Assembly: GCA_031410915.1 (NCBI GenBank)
Contig: JANNZY010000147.1
Coordinates: forward strand, 60,846 to 124,845
Direction: 5' to 3'
DNA from: Actinomycetes bacterium
Lineage (GTDB): Bacteria > Actinomycetota > Acidimicrobiia > Acidimicrobiales > Ilumatobacteraceae
DNA: 64,000 nucleotides
The notes below the pieces were generated by a model. That model saw only the letters and a program-made list of their open reading frames with translations. It ran no database searches and was not told the origin of the DNA. This document shows positions 57,337-64,000 of this stretch, piece after piece. The position numbers and the translations under genes are program-made. Position 1 is the stretch's first letter, and each line of letters starts with the position of its first letter.

Positions 57337-58482
57337 CTACCGCAGGGCGTGTTTGGCGATGACAATGCGTTGGATCTGGTTCGTGCCTTCGTAGATCTGG
57401 GTGATCTTCGCGTCGCGCATCATCCGCTCGACGGGGAACTCGTTCGTGTAGCCGTAGCCGCCGAGGAACTGCACGCAATCGGTGGTGACCTCCATCGCGA
57501 CGTCACTGGCGAAGCACTTCGCCATGGCACCGGCTGCGGACAACTCGCCGTGTGGGTCGCCGTCGTCGGCGATCGAACACGCGCGGTGCACGAGCTGACG
57601 GGCGGCCTCCACCTTCATCGCCGCGTCGGCCACCATCCACTGCAGACCCTGGTTGTCCGCCAGGGGGCGGCCGAACGTGCGCCGCTCCTTGAGATACGCC
57701 GTCGCGAAGTCCAGCGCGCCCTGTGCGATCCCGACGGCTTGCGCGCCGATGGTGGGACGGCTGCGATCCAGCGTGTGCATCGCGATGCCGAAGCCATTGC
57801 CAACGTCGCCGATGCGGTTCGCGTCGGGGACGCGCACGTCGTCGAGACGGATGATGCCCGTCGGTGAACCCTTGATGCCGAGCTTGTGCTCGAGCTTGTC
57901 GACCTGCACGCCCCAGTCGGCTTCGACGAGGAACGCAGTGATGCCCTTGTGGCGCTCGCCCGAGGTGCGCGCGAACACGGTGTAGAGATCGCTCACCCCG
58001 GCGTTGGTGATCCAGCACTTGGTGCCGTTCAGGATCCACGTGTCGCCGTCGAGTTCGGCGCGCGTGGTCATCGACGCGACGTCGCTGCCGGCGTCGGGCT
58101 CGCTGAGCGCGTAGCTGCCCTGGCTCTCGCCGCTGGCGATGCGGGGCAGGTACTTCGCCTTCATCTCCTCGCTGCCGAAGTTGATGACGGGCAGCATCGC
58201 GAGCTTGCTGATGAGGAACATCAGGCTCGTCGACGCGCAACCCGCGGCCAACTCCTCGGCGGCGATCGCCTGGTCGACGAGCGACGCCCCGGCACCGCCG
58301 TACTCGGCGGGGTACGAGAGCGCGGTCAGCTCCATCTGCTGCAATGACTTGAACGCGTCCCAGTTGAACTCGGCGCGGCGGTCGGTCTCGGCGGCCTGCG
58401 GCGCGATTTTGTCGCGCACGAACTGGCGCAGCACCGAGCGGAACTCGCGCTGCTCGTCGCTCGGTGTGATCGATTGGGTCAT
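57337..58482 (-). CDS. Acyl-CoA dehydrogenase
   Basis: 381 aa. YALSEPDAGSD, GTKCWITNAG, GGYGYTNEFPVERMMRDAKITQIYEGTNQIQR. Confidence 0.9.
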   Translation of the reverse strand: MTQSITPSDEQREFRSVLRQFVRDKIAPQAAETDRRAEFNWDAFKSLQQMELTALSYPAEYGGAGASLVDQAIAAEELAAGCASTSLMFLISKLAMLPVINFGSEEMKAKYLPRIASGESQGSYALSEPDAGSDVASMTTRAELDGDTWILNGTKCWITNAGVSDLYTVFARTSGERHKGITAFLVEADWGVQVDKLEHKLGIKGSPTGIIRLDDVRVPDANRIGDVGNGFGIAMHTLDRSRPTIGAQAVGIAQGALDFATAYLKERRTFGRPLADNQGLQWMVADAAMKVEAARQLVHRACSIADDGDPHGELSAAGAMAKCFASDVAMEVTTDCVQFLGGYGYTNEFPVERMMRDAKITQIYEGTNQIQRIVIAKHALR

Positions 58483-59039
58483 GCGTCATGCTCCAATTGC
58501 GCGGAGTACGTGTCGATGCCCGTCAGCTCGCGCCACTTGCCGGCGGCATAAGCAGTCTGCACCGCGGCCGGCTGCAACGTGAGCGTGGACTGCGGAACCA
58601 TGTCAGCGATCATCCGGCCCTCGCTGTAGTGATGGTTGGTGTTGCTGACGCCTTCGAAGATCCGGGCCCGGGCAACGACGAGATCCGGCGACGGGCCGTC
58701 GTCGAGCCAGCCCCAGATGGTCAGCGCGATGGTCAGATCGTGCACGACCGGTGCCCGTCCGTAGAGCGACGCGCGACGCAACGCGATATTGACGCACCCA
58801 CGGATCGCGTCATCGACCGACTCGGATGGTGAGCACTGCACGCGGCTGCGCAACGCCGTCGCCAACGTGAGCACGTAGCCCTGGTCCGGTCCCTGGTAGC
58901 CGAGAAAGTGGCCGGTCGGCTGGCGACCTTCGATCTCGCCAGGACGTTCGGCATTCCACGGCTCGGGCACAAAGTCGGGCGAACCGTACGAGCGGACGGT
59001 GTCGATCGGGCCGACGGGTGCGAACTTCGGTGCTGCCAT
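58479..59039 (-). CDS. Conserved hypothetical protein
   Basis: 186 aa and protein-like. Its stop overlaps the acyl-CoA dehydrogenase start (ATGA at 58479-58482). It begins 10 nt after the cimA stop. Confidence 0.55.
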   Translation of the reverse strand: MAAPKFAPVGPIDTVRSYGSPDFVPEPWNAERPGEIEGRQPTGHFLGYQGPDQGYVLTLATALRSRVQCSPSESVDDAIRGCVNIALRRASLYGRAPVVHDLTIALTIWGWLDDGPSPDLVVARARIFEGVSNTNHHYSEGRMIADMVPQSTLTLQPAAVQTAYAAGKWRELTGIDTYSAQLEHDA

Positions 59040-59048
59040 GGCTCTGTT

Positions 59049-60638
59049 CTACTCCGCAGGGTGAAGGAGGCCAAACACCAGTGACTCTTCCAGGGCCCGC
59101 CACGAGGCCTCGATGATGTTGGTGCTGACGCCGATCGTGGTCCAGGACTGCACGCCGTTCGTCGCATCGAGCAACACCCGGGTCACCGCGCCCGTCGCAG
59201 TCGCGCCGTCCAGGATGCGCACCTTGAAGTCGGTGAGGTGCACCCGATCGAGCTCGGGGTACTGGCCGACCAGCGCGGCGCGCAGTGCGGTGTCGATCGC
59301 GTTGACCGGGCCGTTGCCCTCGGCGGTCCGCACGAAGCGCTGCTCGCCGACCCACACCTTGACGGTCGCCTCGGTGGTGAAAACGCCGGTTGGGCCCTCG
59401 TCGGTGATGACGCGCATGCTCTCCATCCGGAAGAAGTCGTGCTGCCATCCCGTCGCCCGGCGCATCAGCAGTTCGAGTGAGGCGTCGGCGGCCTCGAAGT
59501 GGTAGCCCTCGTGCTCGAGACGCTTCAGATCGTCGATCACCTGGTTGACGGCCGGGCCGTCCATCGGCAGGCCCAGTTCCTCGGCCTTGATCGTGATGGT
59601 GGCGCGCCCGGCCATCTCGCTGACCACGAAGCGGGTCCCGTTTCCGACGAGTTCGGGATCGACGTGCTCGTAGGCATCCTTGGCGCGCACGATGGCCGAG
59701 ACGTGTAACCCAGCCTTGTGCGCGAACGCCGACGCGCCGACGTATGGGGCTTGCGGGTTGAGTGGGCGGTTGAGCACCTCGGCGATGTGGTGGCTGACCG
59801 ACGTGAGCCGCTCGATGCGACCTGCGGGCAGGCATTCGACGCCGAGCTTGAGCTGCAAGTTCGGGATGACCGTCGTCAAGTTGCAGTTGCCGGTGCGCTC
59901 ACCGAGGCCGTTCAGCGTGCCCTGGACGTGGCCGGCGCCGGCCAGCACCGCAGCCATGCTGTTGGCGACCGCGCAGCCGGTGTCGTCGTGGCAGTGGATG
60001 CCGATCGTCACGTCGCCGCCGACGTGGCGGTACACGTCGCGCACGATCGAGTCGACCTCGTGCGGCAATGATCCACCGTTGGTGTCGCAGAGCACGACGT
60101 GGCTGGCGCCCTTCACCACTGCGGCTTCCAGTGCACGCAGCGCGAACTCGGGGTTGTTCTTGTAGCCGTCGAAGAAGTGCTCCATGTCCACCAGCACCTG
60201 GCGGCCGTGGCCCCGCAAGAACTCGACCGAGTCGGCGATCATCGCCGCGCCCTCGTCGAGCGTGGTCTGCAGCGCGTTGAGGACGTGGTAGTCCCAGCTC
60301 TTGGCGACGATGCACACCGCGGCCGTGTTGGCCTCGATCAGGTGACGCAACGTGGCGTCGTCGTCGACTTTGCCCTTCGGCCGGCGAGTCGATCCGAACG
60401 CGACCATTGTGGACGTGCTGAATGACAGCTCGGTCATCGCCCGCTGGAAGAACTCGATGTCCTTCGGGTTCGCGCCCGGCCAGCCGCCCTCGATGAAGTG
60501 CACCCCGAGGTAGTCCAGCTGCTCGGCGATGCGCAGCTTGTCCTCGACCGAGGCGGACACGCCTTCGACTTGGAGGCCGTCGCGCAACGTGGTGTCGAAG
60601 ACCTCGACCTGGCTGCGAAGATTGGTGGTGGCGGTCAT
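59049..60638 (-). CDS. cimA: (R)-citramalate synthase (LeuA/CimA family, long form with regulatory domain)
   Basis: ATG at 60638 with AGGAG 7 nt upstream. VFDTTLRDGLQVEGVSASVEDKLRIAEQLDYLGVHFIEGGWPGANPKD, HCHDDTGCAVANS and GNGPVNAIDTALR closely follow the Geobacter-type CimA pattern from memory. Confidence 0.8.
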   Translation of the reverse strand: MTATTNLRSQVEVFDTTLRDGLQVEGVSASVEDKLRIAEQLDYLGVHFIEGGWPGANPKDIEFFQRAMTELSFSTSTMVAFGSTRRPKGKVDDDATLRHLIEANTAAVCIVAKSWDYHVLNALQTTLDEGAAMIADSVEFLRGHGRQVLVDMEHFFDGYKNNPEFALRALEAAVVKGASHVVLCDTNGGSLPHEVDSIVRDVYRHVGGDVTIGIHCHDDTGCAVANSMAAVLAGAGHVQGTLNGLGERTGNCNLTTVIPNLQLKLGVECLPAGRIERLTSVSHHIAEVLNRPLNPQAPYVGASAFAHKAGLHVSAIVRAKDAYEHVDPELVGNGTRFVVSEMAGRATITIKAEELGLPMDGPAVNQVIDDLKRLEHEGYHFEAADASLELLMRRATGWQHDFFRMESMRVITDEGPTGVFTTEATVKVWVGEQRFVRTAEGNGPVNAIDTALRAALVGQYPELDRVHLTDFKVRILDGATATGAVTRVLLDATNGVQSWTTIGVSTNIIEASWRALEESLVFGLLHPAE

Positions 60639-60681
60639 CTCTCGACTCCTGAGGGGTGGTGTGGGGCGTGTTCGGAGCAAC

Positions 60682-60706
60682 AAAAAAGCCGCCCGAAGGG
60701 GCGGCT
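60682..60706 (-). terminator. Intrinsic terminator (attenuator) 43 nt upstream of the cimA start
   Basis: Minus-strand RNA reads AGCCGCCC-CUUC-GGGCGGCU followed by UUUUUU. Confidence 0.8.
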
Positions 60707-60732
60707 TGAAGCGCACGTCTGGGGGACGTGCG

Positions 60733-60786
60733 CTACGGAATGATGATGATGCGGGCGGCGATGTCGCAGGCAGTCACGTCGTGCAT
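60733..60786 (-). CDS. Candidate Ile-rich leader peptide (17 aa) of the cimA attenuator
   Basis: ATG CAC GAC GTG ACT GCC TGC GAC ATC GCC GCC CGC ATC ATC ATC ATT CCG TAG translates to MHDVTACDIAARIIIIP. In-frame alternative starts are ATG 60798 and GTG 60777. Confidence 0.6.
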   Translation of the reverse strand: MHDVTACDIAARIIIIP

Positions 60787-60813
60787 TGTGCCTGTCATCG
60801 TTGACAACGTCAA
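60785..60813 (-). promoter_or_regulatory. Candidate sigma-70-type promoter for the leader/cimA transcript
   Basis: Minus strand: TTGACG (60813-60808), 17-nt spacer, CACAAT (60790-60785). A start about 8 nt downstream would coincide with the in-frame GTG at 60777, giving a possible leaderless leader ORF. Confidence 0.3.
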
Positions 60814-61400
60814 CCTGCATCAATCGTTTGGAACGCCGTCCTGTGCATGAACGGGCCGCGATCTGTGTGCAACTTGTGTGTTGACCGTGGATGAACGGAA
60901 GGTTTCCTGGGGATTGCCGGGTTTGTTGGTGGATAACCCTGTGAACTCAGAAATACCCCTTGACCTGGTGTTTTGCCTCCTGCATGATGGTGTCACACCG
61001 GTTCGCACGACGGACTGGCCCACCGGGGGAGGACGATCGGCGCAAGCCGGTAGGCCGAACCTGATCGGGGTCAGCGAGTACGACAAGCCGGGGGATGACC
61101 CACAGCTCGGGTGACTCGGCAGCGATGTCGAGGCATCGGATCGCGTCGGACGAAGGTTCCTTCGGGAGCTGGAGCACGCCGCGGTCGGCGGGCCGGAGTC
61201 GAAGTCCCTTTCGGGGGCCGGAGACAATGGTGCGCCGGGCGAACCGGAGTCGGAGGCCTCTCGGGGCCGAGGGCGAAGGGGAGCACATGGGAGCCGGCTT
61301 TCGGGCCGGGGACCACGAGCACTGTTCCGAAGGAAGCGGGCAACCGCAGAGATCGGGGCTTCGGGAGGTGTCGAACCGGCTTGCCGGGGAGATGCACCCG

Positions 61401-61440
61401 AAAAACGGCTCACCCGCCGGAGCTTGCTCCGACGGGTGAG
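61401..61440 (-). terminator. Intrinsic terminator downstream of ilvE
   Basis: Minus-strand CUCACCCG-UCGGAGC-AAG-CUCCGG-CGGGUGAG (about 14 bp) is followed by CCGUUUUU, about 160 nt after the ilvE stop. Confidence 0.7.
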
Positions 61441-61600
61441 AATGTTGAACGAGCCAAGGGTAACACCGGACGATCGATCAGCGGTGGATCATCCCACGCG
61501 AGCCGCCCTCGGTGGCGCGCCGTCCCCACCGACGGCTGCGCCCCGAGGGCGCTCAACGTTTTCAATGGTGTCGCCGCGGGGTTTGAGCGCAGTCGAGGCG

Positions 61601-62506
61601 CTAGCCGGCGAGTTCGTTCCAGTCTTTGTAGCGGTCGACCTTGCCGTTGGCGGCGTCGATGTAGACGGAGGCGATGGCAGTGGTGATCGGGCCGTTGGTC
61701 GGCACCTCACGGTCGTCGACGCTCTTCACGCTGCTGATCTCGGCCGCCGTGCCACACACGAAGATTTCCTCGGCGATGTACAGATCGCTGCGCGCCAGGT
61801 TGTCGACGCGGATGTCCATCCCGAGGTCGCGGGCGATGGTCATCACGCTGTTCTGGGTGATGCCCTCCAGCGCGCCGGCCGACAGTGGCGGCGTGATGAT
61901 GATGCCGTTGCGCACCGCGAAGATGTTCTCGCCGGTGCACTCGGCGACGAGCCCATTCGGGGCCAGCATCACCGCTTCGTCGTAACCGGCCCGCAACGCC
62001 TCGACCTTGGCGAGCGATGAGTTGACGTAGTTGCCGACGGTCTTGGCTGCGGGTGGCATCGTGTTGTGGTCGTGTCGCGTCCACGAGCTGGTCTTCATCC
62101 GCACCGCGTCGTGGCCGAGGAACGGCGCCCACGGCCAGCAGGCGATGGCGACGTCGACCGAGCAGGGCAACGTGTTCAGCCCCATCTCGCCGTAGCCGTA
62201 GTAGACGAGCGGACGGATGTAGCAGGCGTCGAGACCAGTGGATGCGACCGTTGCCTTCGTCGCGTCGATCAGCTCGTCGACCGTGAACGGGATGTCCATG
62301 TCCATGATGTGCGCGCTGTTGAACAGCCGCTTGATGTGATCGGTGAGACGAAACACGGCGGGACCGGCGGGGGTGCTGTATGCGCGGATCCCTTCAAACA
62401 CACCGGTGCCGTAGTGCAGCGTGTGCGTCAGGACGTGGACCTGCGCCTTCTCCCAGTCGACGAGCTCACCATTCATCCAGATCTTCGGTGTCGTTTGGAT
62501 CGGCAT
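61601..62506 (-). CDS. ilvE: Branched-chain amino acid aminotransferase (class IV)
   Basis: MPIQTTPKIWMNGELVDWEKAQVHVLTHTLHYGTGVFEGIRAY parallels E. coli IlvE. The listed start at 62515 is TTG; the ATG at 62506 is preferred. Confidence 0.9.
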   Translation of the reverse strand: MPIQTTPKIWMNGELVDWEKAQVHVLTHTLHYGTGVFEGIRAYSTPAGPAVFRLTDHIKRLFNSAHIMDMDIPFTVDELIDATKATVASTGLDACYIRPLVYYGYGEMGLNTLPCSVDVAIACWPWAPFLGHDAVRMKTSSWTRHDHNTMPPAAKTVGNYVNSSLAKVEALRAGYDEAVMLAPNGLVAECTGENIFAVRNGIIITPPLSAGALEGITQNSVMTIARDLGMDIRVDNLARSDLYIAEEIFVCGTAAEISSVKSVDDREVPTNGPITTAIASVYIDAANGKVDRYKDWNELAG

Positions 62507-62521
62507 GGCATTCAAACTACG

Positions 62522-63511
62522 TCAGCTGTGAACTCGTTCGGCGATGGAGTCGGCGATCTGCGTGGTGGTACCGGTACCGGCATGCTCGCAGGCGTCGCGG
62601 ATGCGATCGGCTGCGTCGCCCTCGCCGAGGAAGTCCAACATCAGCGCAGCACTGAGGATCGCTGCGGTCGGGTTGGCCGTCCCCGTGCCGACGATGTCTG
62701 GAGCCGAGCCGTGCACGGGCTCGAACATCGACGGGCCGGTACGCGCCGGGTTGAGGTTGGCCGACGACGCGAGCCCGATGCCGCCACTGACCGCGCCGCC
62801 GAGATCGGTGAGGATGTCGCCGAACAGGTTGTCGGTGACCACCACGTCGTAGCGGTGCGGATCCTGTACGAAGTAGATGCACGCCGCGTCGACATGGTTG
62901 TACGCCGTCGACACGTTCGGATAGTCGGCGGCGACGATGTCGAACGTGCGCTGCCACAGATCGCCGGCGAAGGTGAGCACGTTCGTCTTGTGCACCAATG
63001 TGACGTGGTTGCGACGATTCGTGGCCAACTCGAACGCGTAACGGATGGCGCGCTCTGCGCCCATGCGCGTGTTGACGCTGCCCTGCGTGGCCACCTCGTG
63101 CAGCGTCCCCTTGCGCAGCACTCCCCCCTCGCCGACGTACGGACCCTCGGTGTTCTCACGGATCACGACGAAGTCGTGCGGTTCGCTGTGGCCCGGCCCG
63201 GTACCGGCGAACGGACGCTGGTTGATGTACAGGTCGAGCTCGAAGCGCATCTTCAACAGCAGCCCACGCTCGATCAATCCCGGCGGCACGGCAGGCGTGC
63301 CGACCGCGCCGAGCAGGATCGCGTCGAAGCCACGCAGCTCGTCCAGCGTCGAGTCGCTGAGCACCTCGCCGTCGCGCAGGTAACGGGCCCCGCCGAGATC
63401 GAACTCGGTGGTGTCGATGTCGACGCCGGCAGCACGCACGACCTTGACCGCTTCGACGGTCACCTCCGGCCCGATCCCGTCCCCACCAATGATTGCGATC
63501 CGATGCGTCAT
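62522..63511 (-). CDS. leuB: 3-isopropylmalate dehydrogenase
   Basis: ATG at 63511 ([17 protein letters not shown]...). [12 protein letters not shown] and [10 protein letters not shown] motifs. Confidence 0.9.
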   Translation of the reverse strand: MTHRIAIIGGDGIGPEVTVEAVKVVRAAGVDIDTTEFDLGGARYLRDGEVLSDSTLDELRGFDAILLGAVGTPAVPPGLIERGLLLKMRFELDLYINQRPFAGTGPGHSEPHDFVVIRENTEGPYVGEGGVLRKGTLHEVATQGSVNTRMGAERAIRYAFELATNRRNHVTLVHKTNVLTFAGDLWQRTFDIVAADYPNVSTAYNHVDAACIYFVQDPHRYDVVVTDNLFGDILTDLGGAVSGGIGLASSANLNPARTGPSMFEPVHGSAPDIVGTGTANPTAAILSAALMLDFLGEGDAADRIRDACEHAGTGTTTQIADSIAERVHS

Positions 63512-63564
63512 AGGCCCAGGATCGTACGGTGAACAGGTCCGGGACCGCCAGATAGCCTCTCGGG

Positions 63565-64000
63565 ATGGCAAAGCACCAATTCTCCCGTGCGGCGTTCGAG
63601 CGCATGCAGGCCGAGTTCGATGACTTGACGAGCCGCGGCCGCATCCAGGTCGCCGACAAGATCGAGCGGGCCCGCGAGCTTGGCGACCTGAAGGAGAACG
63701 GCGACTACCACGCCGCGAAGGACGAGCAAGGCCACATGGAGGGCCGCATCCGCGAACTCGAGTACCTGCTCGAGAACGGCGAGGTCATCGAGTCCGGGCC
63801 TGCGGGCGAGGTCCGCGTCGGCCAGAAGATCACCATCGTCTACGAGGGTGACAGTGATGACCTGGCCGAGACGTACATCATCGGTCACGTCGAAGAGAAG
63901 CTCGAAGGTTTCGACATCGTCAGCCCCGGCTCGCCGATGGGCTCCGCGCTGCTCGGCGAGACGGTTGGTTCGTGGGTCAGCTACGCAGCGCCCAATGGTG
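63565..64000 (+). CDS. greA: Transcription elongation factor GreA (3' end runs off the window)
   Basis: Not in the ORF track because no stop falls inside the window. My translation from the ATG at 63565 reads [69 protein letters not shown]... Confidence 0.85.
   Translation, partial: MAKHQFSRAAFERMQAEFDDLTSRGRIQVADKIERARELGDLKENGDYHAAKDEQGHMEGRIRELEYLLENGEVIESGPAGEVRVGQKITIVYEGDSDDLAETYIIGHVEEKLEGFDIVSPGSPMGSALLGETVGSWVSYAAPNG

Noticed and set aside
60635-60823. 62-aa ORF containing four consecutive His codons (CAT x4), a possible His-type leader.
   Set aside because: This frame reads straight through both hairpins and the terminator into the cimA start region. A His leader would also make no sense in front of an Ile-pathway gene. 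The Ile frame stops right before the hairpins.
61081-61092. RNase P RNA in the 60.8-61.4 kb gap: minus-strand CCCGGCUUGUCG resembles the CCCGGCUUA of the P4 3' strand.
   Set aside because: The near-invariant GAGGAAAGUCCGG, GGUAAGGGUGAAA and ACAGAA elements are absent on both strands.
60878-61114. 78-aa plus-strand ORF (TTG start) and 113-197-aa minus-strand ORFs inside the ilvE-cimA gap.
   Set aside because: Third-position GC is only about 69-75% against about 90% in real genes here. Translations are Pro/Arg/Ser-rich without motifs, and there are no ribosome-binding sites.
61326-61340. SRP RNA domain IV-like string UCCGAAGGAAGCGGG.
   Set aside because: The loop is GAA rather than the conserved GGAA tetraloop. 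The flanking symmetric and asymmetric loop sequences and the 5'/3' closing helix of 4.5S RNA are not present.
61042-61384. 10-bp perfect long-range complementarity (GCAAGCCGGT at 61042-61051 versus ACCGGCTTGC at 61375-61384), considered as a closing helix of a ~340-nt RNA.
   Set aside because: My rough estimate is that about one such 10-mer pairing is expected by chance in 600 nt of GC-rich sequence. It is not evidence on its own.
1-64000. CRISPR arrays, rRNA genes, intact IS elements or prophage structural genes.
   Set aside because: I saw no regularly spaced 25-40-nt direct repeats, no rRNA-like conserved stretches, no complete transposase and no phage morphogenesis genes while reading the window. 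Only short coding tandem repeats and recombinase fragments are present.

Overview
Visibly GC-rich chromosomal segment; most codons end in G/C and gene content looks like Actinomycetota, possibly Acidimicrobiia (inference). It is densely coding: I call about 60 protein genes and two tRNAs (tRNA-Gln-CUG, tRNA-Glu-CUC), and I saw no rRNA and no CRISPR array. The right third is core metabolism: gltX with the tRNA-Gln/tRNA-Glu pair, a giant NAD-glutamate dehydrogenase, and cimA-ilvE-leuB-greA. The middle and left are accessory or stress-related. They hold a SARP/P-loop/TPR regulator divergent from a translationally coupled GT4/unknown/GH130-like operon, and a USP/PPOX/CBS/acetyl-CoA-hydrolase stress cluster. 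They also hold an LPXTG adhesin with Thr-Gln ester-type VaFE repeats coupled to a secreted CAP-domain protein carrying a triplicated two-Cys module. Further along are a co-directional amylase, catalase HPII and WS/DGAT run, and two tandem GAF-ANTAR paralogs with an RsbW-like kinase. A decayed integrative-element remnant sits at the 3' end of tRNA-Glu (integrase fragment, IS fragment, excisionase-like HTH). Most notable non-genic signals: (i) a 17-codon leader ORF with four consecutive Ile codons, followed by a hairpin and a U-tailed terminator just upstream of cimA; (ii) about 600 nt of hairpin-rich DNA with no coding signal between the ilvE terminator and the cimA promoter that I cannot assign to any known RNA; (iii) a 47-codon unlisted ORF with strong third-position GC skew upstream of the GAF-ANTAR pair. 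Many of the long ORFs in the six-frame track are antisense or out-of-frame shadows typical of high-GC DNA and were rejected. All family assignments come from reading motifs in the translations; no database search was run.
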